Part shown: positions 27,286 through 36,441 of the stretch, in pieces
How the letters are laid out: each line of letters begins with the position of its first letter
Position numbering within the stretch: the stretch's first letter is position 1
Origin: Fimbriimonadia bacterium
Lineage (GTDB): Bacteria > Armatimonadota > Fimbriimonadia > Fimbriimonadales > JABRVX01
Length of the DNA: 64,000 bases
Assembly (NCBI GenBank): GCA_041483895.1
Contig: JBGPGO010000016.1
Span: forward strand, 14,952 to 78,951
Reading direction: 5' to 3'
Position numbers and translations under genes: made by a program
The notes under the pieces: model-generated
The model's input: only the letters and a program-made list of their open reading frames with translations
Told to the model about the DNA's origin: nothing
Database searches by the model: none

Positions 27286-27304
27286 CTCCGGAGGACTGGT
27301 GCCC

Positions 27305-27334
27305 TTGACGGGGGAGTGGGCCTTCTGATACGCT
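27305..27334 (+). promoter_or_regulatory. Putative sigma-70 promoter, leaderless
   Basis: TTGACG-N18-TACGCT ending 6 nt before ATG 27341. Confidence 0.55.
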
Positions 27335-27340
27335 TTCCCC

Positions 27341-27892
27341 ATGTCCGAAGAGTTGCTGCCTGCTCACGGCGGCTATCGCAATCTGAAAGCTTTCCAAAAT
27401 GCGGAGATCGTGCATGATGGCACGGTGGAGTTTTGCAAACGATTCCTGAGGGCAACGGATCGAACATCGGACCAGATGGTGCAAGCGGCGCGGAGCGGAA
27501 AGCAGAACATCGTGGAAGGAAGCGCGATAAGTGGGACATCGCGTGCGTCGGAGCTGAAATTGATTGGTGTCGCACGTGCAAGCCTCGAAGAACTGCTGAA
27601 TGATTATTTGGATTTTCTCCGGCAGAGGGACTTAGAGGTTTGGGAGAAGGAGCATCCGAAGGCGGTTTTTATCCGGAAGTTGGCATATAGGACGAATAGG
27701 TCTTATGGGACCTATAGGACTTATATTGAGGAAAAGCCTGGTGATACCGCCGCCAACACGCTGATCTGTCTGATTCAGCAGACCTGCTATCTGCTCGATC
27801 GGCTGAAGCGGCAGTTGTCGCAACGCCTGCTCGAAGAGGGTGGCATCAATGAGCGGATTTATCAAGCGAGGCGGAAGCAGCGCGGCTACTGA
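27341..27892 (+). CDS. Four helix bundle protein with suffix domain (Avd/IVP-like superfamily)
   Basis: HGGYRNLKAFQ, DQMVQAARSGKQNIVEGS, VARASLEELLNDYLDFLRQR, ANTLICLI, EEGG..ER. Confidence 0.9.
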   Translation: MSEELLPAHGGYRNLKAFQNAEIVHDGTVEFCKRFLRATDRTSDQMVQAARSGKQNIVEGSAISGTSRASELKLIGVARASLEELLNDYLDFLRQRDLEVWEKEHPKAVFIRKLAYRTNRSYGTYRTYIEEKPGDTAANTLICLIQQTCYLLDRLKRQLSQRLLEEGGINERIYQARRKQRGY

Positions 27893-27906
27893 ACACGAAT
27901 TGGTCG

Positions 27907-27947
27907 TATAGGTCCTATAAGTCATATACGTCCTATAAGACCTATAG
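27907..27947 (-). repeat. 9-bp tandem array, inverted relative to 27227-27285
   Basis: tataggtcc tataagtca tatacgtcc tataagacc tatag; overlaps the pepV stop codon. Confidence 0.85.
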
Positions 27948-29327
27948 CGAGGCGAGGCGATACAGGATGTGCGCGTAGATTTTGGATAGCCTGATATAAG
28001 AAGCGATGGCGATGCGTTCGTTGGCCTCGTGCCCGGGGCCGTCGCCGGGGAAGCCCGCGCCGATGGCAACGGTATTGGGGACGGCCCGCGCATAGGTGCC
28101 GCCGCCCATCGTGCCCGGCTCCAACTTCTCTATGCCCTCGTCCTTGCACACGGATAGGATTGTCTTCACCGGCTCCCTGTCGAGCGGCACAAACAGCGGC
28201 TTGCTGTCCGAAAACTCCTTCAGCTCCCACCCATGCTTTTCGCGCATTTTCGCGTTCTTCTCCAACAGCATGTCGCCGGTCCACTCGACGGGATATCGGA
28301 TGTTGTACAGCGCCTCGATCACTCCATCGTGAATGGAAAGAAGGCCCCAGTTGGAGGTCAGCTCCCCGGCCACCTCGTCGCGGCCATGGATGCCCAGCCC
28401 CACGCCGCCCGTGTCGCCGGTCGCATAGATGGGATCGATCCAGTCGCTCCCGCCGGCCAGCGGCAGATCGGTCAGGACGCGGAACAGGCGGTTGACGGCG
28501 CTGTCCCCGCAAAACGGAGCGGCCCCATGCGCGGGCTTGCCTTGCGCCTTGATCGTGATTTGGTCTCCGGCGCGGCTGTACGTGATGTTCTTGTCCCAGC
28601 ACTCGCCGAGAACTTCCATCGCCTTGTCCAGGTCTTTGTCGGCGCCGGTCAGGGTTGCGGAGGCATATTGCGGCACGATGTTCGGCCTGCTGCCCGCCTC
28701 CCCGCTCACCAATTTCAAACCCTCTGCGATCGGCTGCTTCATGGTCAGCGTTAGGTTGGCGATACCCTTTTCGGCATATATCAGTGGAAATCCGGCGTCG
28801 GGGGCGAAGCCGTAGGTCGGGGCCTCCTCGTGCTCGAAATAGTGCTTGACGCAGCGGAACCCGCTCTCCTCGTTGCAGCCGAAAACGATACGGACGCGGC
28901 GCTTGATCGGGACCCCTGTCTCTTTCAGTGCGCAGGCGGCGAAGTAGGCGGCAAAGCTGGGACCCTTGTCATCCCCTGCCCCGCGGGCGTAGATATATCC
29001 GTCGTCTATGGTCGCGCCGTACGGGTCATATTTCCAGCCGTCGCCCTCCGGCACCACGTCCAGGTGGCAGAGCGCCATCACCATCTCCGGCCCTTCGCCG
29101 AACTCCGCGTGACCGGCATAGCCGTCCAGGTTCTTGGTGCGGAAACCGGCTTTTTCGGCGAGGCTGAGGGCGTGGTCGAGCGCGCGGCGGCATTCGGGGC
29201 CGAATGGGGCGCCCGGCGCTGGGTCGGCCTCTTTACTGGGGATTCTCAGTTGGTCTTGGAGGGCTTTGACCATCTCGTCCTGATGGTTGTCTATCCATTG
29301 TTGGAGTTGCGTTACGGCGGGGTCCAT
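27942..29327 (-). CDS. pepV: Dipeptidase PepV (M20 family)
   Basis: HLDVVP, RGAGDDKGP, GCNEESG, PDAGFPLIYAEKG, GGGTYAR. Confidence 0.92.
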   Translation of the reverse strand: MDPAVTQLQQWIDNHQDEMVKALQDQLRIPSKEADPAPGAPFGPECRRALDHALSLAEKAGFRTKNLDGYAGHAEFGEGPEMVMALCHLDVVPEGDGWKYDPYGATIDDGYIYARGAGDDKGPSFAAYFAACALKETGVPIKRRVRIVFGCNEESGFRCVKHYFEHEEAPTYGFAPDAGFPLIYAEKGIANLTLTMKQPIAEGLKLVSGEAGSRPNIVPQYASATLTGADKDLDKAMEVLGECWDKNITYSRAGDQITIKAQGKPAHGAAPFCGDSAVNRLFRVLTDLPLAGGSDWIDPIYATGDTGGVGLGIHGRDEVAGELTSNWGLLSIHDGVIEALYNIRYPVEWTGDMLLEKNAKMREKHGWELKEFSDSKPLFVPLDREPVKTILSVCKDEGIEKLEPGTMGGGTYARAVPNTVAIGAGFPGDGPGHEANERIAIASYIRLSKIYAHILYRLASL

Positions 29328-29367
29328 GGCGAGACAGTTCTGCCCGGGGGGCGGGTGTCCTTCCAGA

Positions 29368-29587
29368 GTGATGGGGTCTTGGGTATCTGCTGACCGGGGA
29401 TATCGGCGGACGAGGACCCCAACACAACAGCCATTTGGCTACTCCGGAGTGTTGGGGTCTTGGGTATCTGCGGATCGGGGATATCGGCGGACGTGTACCC
29501 CAACACATCAACCCTTTGGCTACTTTGGAGTGTTGGGGTCTTTGGTATCTGCAGACCGGGGATATCGGCGGACGTGTACCCCAACAC
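29368..29587 (+). repeat. Three tandem family A units, 81-bp period
   Basis: 58-bp units at 29368, 29449 and 29530 separated by two mutually similar 23-bp linkers. Confidence 0.92.
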
Positions 29588-29601
29588 AACTTCATCCTTT
29601 C

Positions 29602-29625
29602 ATGCCGGCTGGAAGCCAGCGTTAC
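29602..29625 (-). repeat. Family C repeat
   Basis: Reverse complement GTAACGCTGGCTTCCAGCCGGCAT. Confidence 0.8.
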
Positions 29626-30188
29626 TTTTGGCCGGCGAGGATTGAGTCCACCACTTTGCACCATTCGGACTGTTTCGAATAGTTGGCCCCGTGCTCCGTC
29701 TCAATATCGTACTGGTCCTGCATCTGCTTCCACTTTCCGTTCAGATCGCGCAAGGCAGATTTCACTTTGTCGGTCAAGTCGTTGATAGCATCCGTCTCTG
29801 CCACCCCGGTACCGACCAATCCAGTAAGAACATTATGGTATTCGGTTTCCCAATAGAGGGTGATTGCAAAATGGTATTGCTCGTGGAGCAGAAGATGCTC
29901 GGAGTTCTTTCCCAGCTTGACACCCGACTTCGTGCGATCCATCACGCAGCGGATGCGGGCCACCTCCAGCATCACCGACCACTGACCAGAGTCGTCCTTG
30001 ACCGCCGTGCCGAACTGGTAGTCGCCGCTTAGGCGAGTGGTGATATATGCGTCTTCAGGCCCGGCCGGCGCCTCGCCCTTAAAGTCTCCCCAATCCACAT
30101 TCCGATACCGGGCCGCGGTATCGATCTCCGGAGCGGGGTGAGACGCAGCCAGAACGGCAATCACAAGAACCCTCGGCGACAACACCAT
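29622..30188 (-). CDS. DUF922-like putative zinc protease
   Basis: W.DFKG, LLHEQYHF, YDIETEHG...Q..W; TATAAT and AGGAGG before ATG 30188. Confidence 0.75.
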   Translation of the reverse strand: MVLSPRVLVIAVLAASHPAPEIDTAARYRNVDWGDFKGEAPAGPEDAYITTRLSGDYQFGTAVKDDSGQWSVMLEVARIRCVMDRTKSGVKLGKNSEHLLLHEQYHFAITLYWETEYHNVLTGLVGTGVAETDAINDLTDKVKSALRDLNGKWKQMQDQYDIETEHGANYSKQSEWCKVVDSILAGQK

Positions 30189-30286
30189 AGCAGTCCTCCT
30201 ACGCAAGCATTATACAACCTGATTCGGACATTTCAAATGGGTAACTCGGGTAAAATGGTCGCCGCGAAGGCGTGGGAGGAAAATTC

Positions 30287-30532
30287 TTGGTCGTTGCTTA
30301 CAATATATTTCTTTGGTTGGATCGAATTGTCGCCCTATTGTTCATCGCGCTGGTGACCATGCAGGGCGCAAAGGCCGGCGGGTTGACGGGAGCCTCGGCC
30401 TCGGTCCGAACGACATTCAAGGGGAAGGCCGGTTTTGACGACTACATGTCGAGGGTGACGCTGTACCTGGGGCTTTCCTTCTTCGTCATCACGCTTCTTG
30501 TTGAGGTGTTGGCGCACCGTGGCGGCAGGTAG
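30287..30532 (+). CDS. secG: Preprotein translocase subunit SecG
   Basis: Two TM helices around Q.AKAGGL.G; GGAGG before TTG 30287. Confidence 0.85.
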   Translation: MVVAYNIFLWLDRIVALLFIALVTMQGAKAGGLTGASASVRTTFKGKAGFDDYMSRVTLYLGLSFFVITLLVEVLAHRGGR

Positions 30533-30539
30533 GCAGGCG

Positions 30540-30698
30540 TCAGGCGACCTTTTCGAGGCTTTCCACTTCGCCATTGACGCGATCCGCCCAGTTGCCATCC
30601 GCAAGAGCCAATTCCTCGGGCTCCGGCTGGGCCATCCGCACCATTCCCAAGTAAAATCCGACCGCTGCGCCAACATAAACGGCAAATCCCAACAGCAT
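30540..30698 (-). CDS. Small single-TM hypothetical protein (52 aa)
   Basis: MLLGFAVYVGAAVGFYLGMVRMAQPEPE...; purine-rich leader. Confidence 0.5.
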   Translation of the reverse strand: MLLGFAVYVGAAVGFYLGMVRMAQPEPEELALADGNWADRVNGEVESLEKVA

Positions 30699-30796
30699 AA
30701 TGACTTCCCTCACGAAAGAATCTTCGGCGGCCCGATTGCCGAACTCCACTCTATTCCGCGAACCCAAACGGCTTTTCACACGTATTTCTCCCTGAT

Positions 30797-32500
30797 ATGA
30801 TCCTCGCCACCCTTCTTCTCGCAACCCTGCCGGCAACCGGTATCGAGCTGAGCTACACGCTCACGGTCCCCCAACCCGGAACGAAGAAGGTGGAGATTAG
30901 CGGCAGCCTCATTCTGCCGAAAGAGCGGCGGTTCTCCTTGGTCATCGGCCAAGGCCAGATGTATCCGTTCCAGAAGTTTGGCGAATATGTGGAGGATTTG
31001 GAAGCCGTTGTGGACGGAGAGCGGCTGAGGCCGGTCCGAATTTCGCAAGACGCCTGGCAGATCCCAACGGGTAAACGATGTGACTTCAGTTACAAAGTGC
31101 GGCTCGAGCATCTGAGCGGCGCGTATCAGCAGTCGCTTTCGGAAATCCCCTACTCCGGCCCGGACTTCCTCACCTTCCCTACCATCGGCCTGTTCCTGCG
31201 GCCTTCGGAGGATGTGCGGCCGGTTAAGTCGGTACGGATTCGCTACAAAATGCCGGACGGCTGGAAGGTTGCAACCAACATGCACGTCCAACCGGATGGA
31301 AGGTATGAGGCGCGAAATCCGGGTGCGTTTGGGCAATATTCGTTCGTGGCGCTGGGCCGATTTGCGGAGGCGTCGCTGGATCTCGGGCCGACGAAGGTGC
31401 GGGCGATATTGTGCGGCGACTCGTATGGCTTTCCCAAGCAGAGCTTTGGAGAGGTAGCCGGCAAGGCGGTGAAGGGGGTTCACGATTTCTTCGGCAGCCT
31501 GCCCGAAACGGAGCTTCTGCTGATCGCCGCGCCCTATCCGGGATCGAAAGACCGTGCTGGTGTCAGCTTTGGCGGCAGCGTAAGCCGATCTGAAGGGATG
31601 TCCATGATGTTGAGCGTGGACGAGAAGATGGGCCCGAAGGAACTGAACACTCAGGTCGGTCCGCTCATCGTCCACGAAACCTTTCATCTGGGCAATCCGT
31701 CCTCAAACGTTCCGGACACCTGGTTTCGGGAGGGATTCACAACCTACTACCAGCACGTCATCGCGGCCCGCCTCGGCTTCCTTACAGAGGACGAATTTGT
31801 CACAGAACTATGCCAGCGCAGCCAGAACCATCGAAGGGTCCCGCCGGTATCCTTGGAAGAGGCGGGGAAGCGCATGTTCCAGGATCGCCGCTGCTACGAA
31901 GATGTGTACACCGGCGGCGCGCTGATGGCATTCCTGCTCGATGTCGAAATGCGCAGGCGCGGATTTTCTTTGGACGAGGTAATGCTCCGCTTGTATCGGG
32001 ACTATGCGCTTCGCGGCAAGGATTTCGATCGCGCCGTCATGGGGCGGATCGTCACGAAGATATCCGGCGTCAATCTGGCGGAGATGATTGATCAGTATGT
32101 CGAGCACGACCAATGGCCCTCGATCGAATCGACGGTGCGGGAGTCAGGCTACACAGTGGAAGTCAAGACCGAGCCGTACCAATTGGGGGTGCCGCTCAAG
32201 TCCGTCGGCGATGACGGCTACAAGGTCAGCTCGATACCGTCTGGGATAGATACCGGCCTGAAAGAGGGCGACGTCATCGTCGCGGTAGATGGCAAATCGG
32301 TTCACAATCGCGATCTTCTGATGGCAGCGCTCAAGGGCGATCCGGCGGGCGACCAATTTCAGCTAACCATCAAACGCGGCGACGCAATGATGAACATCGC
32401 CGTTACTCCATACCGAATCACAAAGGTCACCGCGCACAAGAAAGAAGGCGGCGATACATCCGTCATCGACGCAATCGTCAGCGCTGCTCACTCGCAATAA
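30797..32500 (+). CDS. M61-like zinc metallopeptidase with PDZ domain
   Basis: [31 protein letters not shown]. Confidence 0.85.
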   Translation: MILATLLLATLPATGIELSYTLTVPQPGTKKVEISGSLILPKERRFSLVIGQGQMYPFQKFGEYVEDLEAVVDGERLRPVRISQDAWQIPTGKRCDFSYKVRLEHLSGAYQQSLSEIPYSGPDFLTFPTIGLFLRPSEDVRPVKSVRIRYKMPDGWKVATNMHVQPDGRYEARNPGAFGQYSFVALGRFAEASLDLGPTKVRAILCGDSYGFPKQSFGEVAGKAVKGVHDFFGSLPETELLLIAAPYPGSKDRAGVSFGGSVSRSEGMSMMLSVDEKMGPKELNTQVGPLIVHETFHLGNPSSNVPDTWFREGFTTYYQHVIAARLGFLTEDEFVTELCQRSQNHRRVPPVSLEEAGKRMFQDRRCYEDVYTGGALMAFLLDVEMRRRGFSLDEVMLRLYRDYALRGKDFDRAVMGRIVTKISGVNLAEMIDQYVEHDQWPSIESTVRESGYTVEVKTEPYQLGVPLKSVGDDGYKVSSIPSGIDTGLKEGDVIVAVDGKSVHNRDLLMAALKGDPAGDQFQLTIKRGDAMMNIAVTPYRITKVTAHKKEGGDTSVIDAIVSAAHSQ

Positions 32501-33041
32501 GGGTCATAAACTCGCTGCGCGTTGTGTGAGAATCGCGAAAAACCCCGATGACGTGGCTCGTCGTGACGCTGGAGTGCTGCTTTTCAATTCCTCGCGCCAT
32601 CATGCACAGGTGTTTGCCTTCACACACCACGGCCACCCCCTGCGGATGGATCGCCGTATCGAGGGCCTCGGCAACCTCCGTCGTCAGCCGCTCCTGAACT
32701 TGTAAGCGCCGCGCAAACATTTCCACCACGCGCGCGATCTTGCTCAGGCCAACGATCTTATCGTTCGGAATATAACCGACATGGACGCGGCCAAAGAACG
32801 GGAGTAAATGGTGTTCGCACAGGCTGAAATACTCGATGTTGCGGACGATGATCATCCCCTCGCCGGGCGAATCGAAGATGGCGTCGTTCAGGATGGTCTG
32901 AAGATTCATCTTGTATCCGCCGGTCATGTAGCTCATCGCTTCGGCTGCGCGCTTTGGGGTCAGCGTGAGACCCTCCCGCGCCGGATCCTCGCCAATTTGC
33001 GAAAGAAGCCCGGAGTACAGCTCGGAGAATTGGCCCTTCAT
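32478..33041 (-). CDS. folE: GTP cyclohydrolase I
   Basis: [34 protein letters not shown]. Confidence 0.97.
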   Translation of the reverse strand: MKGQFSELYSGLLSQIGEDPAREGLTLTPKRAAEAMSYMTGGYKMNLQTILNDAIFDSPGEGMIIVRNIEYFSLCEHHLLPFFGRVHVGYIPNDKIVGLSKIARVVEMFARRLQVQERLTTEVAEALDTAIHPQGVAVVCEGKHLCMMARGIEKQHSSVTTSHVIGVFRDSHTTRSEFMTLIASEQR

Positions 33042-33865
33042 TCGCCGGAGTACTCGAAGACGTTATTGGAGGTCTCCCGCACTATGACGCGCGCCAGCTT
33101 CGCCGGCACCTTGTCGACCAGCCGCCGCCATATCAATCGCGTTACGTTTTCCGTCGTCGACACGAGTTCTTTGAAGTCCGGAAGGTCCAGGTTGAGATGC
33201 TTGTGGTCGAGATAGTCCAGGACCTCTCGCCCCACGCATTCATCCAGTTTGGCGAGGTCCGCGAGCATTCCGGATTTCGGATCGATCTGGCCGGTCACCG
33301 AGACCTCGAACGCGTAGTTATGGCCGTGGCCGTGCGGATTGCTACACGCGCCGAACAGCTTCACGTTCTCCTCCTCCGAGAAGTGGGGAGAATAGAGGCG
33401 GTGGGATGCGGAAAATTCGTATCTGCGTGTCAGGAGCATGGCCCCTTCCTTCCTGGTGGGTTCGTAATCAACCCATAACTCATCCGATTCGGCAACGACG
33501 AGCCGCACCATTTCCGTTCCGGGGATGCCGGGCGACAGCTCGCCCCATGCGAAGAGCGCCACGTTCTCGAGGGTCGGGATCGTGTCGAGAAAGGCCGGCA
33601 CGTCGCGGTTGATCCAGCAGTCCCGAAGGACGTGAACCACGCTCTGTTCGAGCAGCTTCGCGACCTCCGAGATGTTGACGACCATGCCGGTCTTGGGATC
33701 GGGGTCGCCGGCGATCGTGAGCAAAATGCGATAGTTGTGGCCATGGGGGGATTCCCGCGCGGCGATGCCAAACAGGCGCGCGTTTTCCTCGCGCGAGAGC
33801 GTGGGGATCCAGAAGTTATGGGCGGCCGAAAACCCGGCCCCGCGGGTGACAAGAACACGGCTCAT
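33038..33865 (-). CDS. queD: Tandem two-domain 6-pyruvoyl/6-carboxy-tetrahydropterin synthase
   Basis: Two PTPS domains (FSAAH..HGHNY and [16 protein letters not shown]); start placed at ATG 33865. Confidence 0.85.
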   Translation of the reverse strand: MSRVLVTRGAGFSAAHNFWIPTLSREENARLFGIAARESPHGHNYRILLTIAGDPDPKTGMVVNISEVAKLLEQSVVHVLRDCWINRDVPAFLDTIPTLENVALFAWGELSPGIPGTEMVRLVVAESDELWVDYEPTRKEGAMLLTRRYEFSASHRLYSPHFSEEENVKLFGACSNPHGHGHNYAFEVSVTGQIDPKSGMLADLAKLDECVGREVLDYLDHKHLNLDLPDFKELVSTTENVTRLIWRRLVDKVPAKLARVIVRETSNNVFEYSGE

Positions 33866-34074
33866 GGTTGACTCCAACGGTACCACAATTTCGTTCGCCA
33901 ACATGGCGCCCGCCAGCGTTAGCTTGCGCTGGGTCACACGCCAGGGGCAGCTTGCAGCTACCAATATTTGCTGATCGCATGGATAGATTCGCAGGGCAGA
34001 TGAGTCTACATTATAGGTCACAAAGAATCCGGCGCTGGAGCCAAGTTGGTATTGCACCTAAAGGAGAAATCTGG

Positions 34075-35412
34075 ATGAAAACTCTTTCCACCGTCCTGGC
34101 CGTCTCGGCATTGGCAGTCGTCTCCGGCCAGGCGCAAACGCTGTGGAACCACGAGCGGTTGTCCAATGAAAGTCTGTTCGCGGGACAGAGCACGAACTGC
34201 TTCATCAACGCAAACGGTGACGTGGCGTTTACAGCGAGCACATTGAGTAGTTACCAAAGCGCCTGGAAATATCATTCTGGCACTGGAACGCTGATCAATC
34301 TCAACCAAGCGTACCTCGGAACGGCCTCCACCGGAACGAGCTACGGAATCAATGCCTCCGGCGAGGTCGCGTGGGTGGGCGAAACGGCCAGCTCACTCTC
34401 TATCAACGCCGACGGCCACGATTTCTACGCACCGCTCTTCCCGCCGGACACGAATAGGAGCCACGTCACGATTCGGGGAATCGACGACGCGGGTGATCCA
34501 TTCTGGTTGTATCAAAAATCCGGCGTCTCCCGGGTGTTCCAAGGGGGGATGGAGATCTCCGGCGGCGCGACGATATCGGCTGTGATGCTTTATGGGACAA
34601 TCGGCAAAGGTGACACCCTGTATCGAGCGACAGATTCGGCCGGAAATATCAATCTTTACAAGAACGGCACGAACTTCACGGCCCCTCTTCTCGGTGATCT
34701 GCAGCTAGCTCCCGAAGGGGTTCTTGGCGTCAACGGCAGCGTTCTTTGGGCCGCGCTCGGATCGACGACGGATGGACGTTTCGACATGTTTCTCAACGAC
34801 CAGAACCTGACCAAAGGGCTGTTTCCCACCATGAAGGGGGGGCATCCCGAGGCGATCAACTCATCGGAACAATATCTGTGGATCCGCTACGATATGGACA
34901 ACTCGGCGCACATGATGAAGGGGATGGAAGACCTGACAGCGGAACTGCCGGAGCTTGGCATCGACGGCGCCGGGCAATTGAGGAATTACATCAATGATAA
35001 CGGGGATGTGTTCTGGGAAGCAGTGAGCAGCCAACAATATGGTTTCATGGCCATACTCAACGGCAAGAATCTCACGACAGATATCGTGGGAATCCCCACC
35101 GATTTCCACATGACAGGTTTGGACGGTTCCGGTAATGGTGTTTGGTATGCGTCGGGTCCCAAGGTTCCTCAACGCAGCGTCTTCGTTAATCAGTTCAATC
35201 TTTCCGCAGACGCGTACGGCGGCTTCAACTATGGTGCGGCCGCTGGGCTCGCTGTGGGCGTCAACGGCCAAGTGCTTTGGACGGCCCAGGATCCTGACGG
35301 CACGTCCTCCGTCTGGCTCTCCACCCCCGTCCCGGAGCCGGGGATCACCGTCCCCGCGATGCTGGTTGCCGCGGGGCTGTGGCGAAGGCGGCCCATCATG
35401 CGCCGAGCTTGA
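34075..35412 (+). CDS. PEP-CTERM exported protein with beta repeats
   Basis: AAGGAG before ATG 34075, signal peptide, repeated IN..G.V.W, C-terminal VPEP-TM-RRR. Confidence 0.85.
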   Translation: MKTLSTVLAVSALAVVSGQAQTLWNHERLSNESLFAGQSTNCFINANGDVAFTASTLSSYQSAWKYHSGTGTLINLNQAYLGTASTGTSYGINASGEVAWVGETASSLSINADGHDFYAPLFPPDTNRSHVTIRGIDDAGDPFWLYQKSGVSRVFQGGMEISGGATISAVMLYGTIGKGDTLYRATDSAGNINLYKNGTNFTAPLLGDLQLAPEGVLGVNGSVLWAALGSTTDGRFDMFLNDQNLTKGLFPTMKGGHPEAINSSEQYLWIRYDMDNSAHMMKGMEDLTAELPELGIDGAGQLRNYINDNGDVFWEAVSSQQYGFMAILNGKNLTTDIVGIPTDFHMTGLDGSGNGVWYASGPKVPQRSVFVNQFNLSADAYGGFNYGAAAGLAVGVNGQVLWTAQDPDGTSSVWLSTPVPEPGITVPAMLVAAGLWRRRPIMRRA

Positions 35413-36349
35413 CCCGCAGCGCGTTAGCAACGACGGAAACCTTCGCCTCCAAGTAGGGGGCCGGCTCCCCATCGATCTGGCACAGGGGTCCGGCGTCGCA
35501 GCGGATTTGGAACGACGTTCCGCGGAACACCTCAACGCGGCGGCTGCGGTCTGCAGTGGCCAGGCTGCCCGCCAGAGCCGGACCCATGATCCCGCCCTTC
35601 CACACGCCGCCCGGCCGCACTACCGCCAAGTCCAAGAGTCCATCGGAAATCGACGTCTCTTTCGACACCCGCATCCAGCCGCCATATTTTGGCGCGTTGA
35701 CGGCGGCCACGAGCAGGGCTTCGCCCTCGAATAGCAGTCGAGTGTTCGGGTCTTTGGTATCGGCGTTCGGAAGGGTATGGGTAGCAGTGGACCCGAACAC
35801 ATCAGGGTTGCTTCCCTCTCTTGTCGGCTCTGATGGAACAGAGCCCTCCACTGTCACGTGCCAGGGTTTGACGCGAAATTGGGCGGCGATGGCAGCCAGC
35901 ATGAATGCGCCTCGGCCCAACCACGGCTTCCAGCGATCAGCCATCGGTACCACGATCCCGTCTATGCCGAAACCGACAGAGGCCACGAACCAACGGTCTC
36001 CGTAACGTCCCAAATCTATCGTGGCCGTGGTGGTTCCCAGGCAAATTTCGGCGGCCCGCTGGTGATCGTTCACGGGTATGTGCAGAGCCTGCGCGAGCAC
36101 GTTACCGGTCCCGCAGGGGATGAGACCGAGGGCCGCGTCCGTCCCAACCAATCCGTTGATAACCGAGTTGACCGTTCCATCGCCGCCGACCGCAATTACC
36201 GTGTCGTAGCGGGATGCTAGGTCGCGGGCAGCCGCCGTCGCCTCCAAGGAGTCACGCGTTTCGCAAAGCTCCGCATCCGGAAACAGCCGGTGCATTGCTA
36301 GGTTTCTCGCCCGCCGCGCACCCCGATTCCACACTACCCCCACGCTCAT
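35396..36349 (-). CDS. Diacylglycerol/lipid kinase family protein with repeat-derived insertion
   Basis: GGDGT, P.GTGN, IDLG, YGG, DGLLD, QIDGE; start placed at ATG 36349. Confidence 0.9.
   Translation of the reverse strand: MSVGVVWNRGARRARNLAMHRLFPDAELCETRDSLEATAAARDLASRYDTVIAVGGDGTVNSVINGLVGTDAALGLIPCGTGNVLAQALHIPVNDHQRAAEICLGTTTATIDLGRYGDRWFVASVGFGIDGIVVPMADRWKPWLGRGAFMLAAIAAQFRVKPWHVTVEGSVPSEPTREGSNPDVFGSTATHTLPNADTKDPNTRLLFEGEALLVAAVNAPKYGGWMRVSKETSISDGLLDLAVVRPGGVWKGGIMGPALAGSLATADRSRRVEVFRGTSFQIRCDAGPLCQIDGEPAPYLEAKVSVVANALRVKLGA
35742..35849. repeat. Family A (35742-35800) and family B (35826-35849) repeats inside the lipid kinase gene
   Basis: GTGTTCGGGTCTTTGGTATCGGC...GACCCGAACAC and GGCTCTGATGGAACAGAGCCCTCC. 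Confidence 0.88.
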
Positions 36350-36441
36350 ACCAGGCAGTATAGCCGGATGTTTCCAATACCTCAACGAGTTGCCGATCAA
36401 GGATTGCCATGGTACAAAGTCGAATGGGGAGAGAAGAAATT

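Noticed and set aside
27341..27892. Diversity-generating retroelement based on the Avd-like fold
   Set aside because: No reverse transcriptase and no template/variable repeat pair differing at adenines was seen.
29368..29587. CRISPR array
   Set aside because: Units are 58 bp, the two linkers resemble each other, the same unit occurs dispersed and inside genes, and no cas gene is present.
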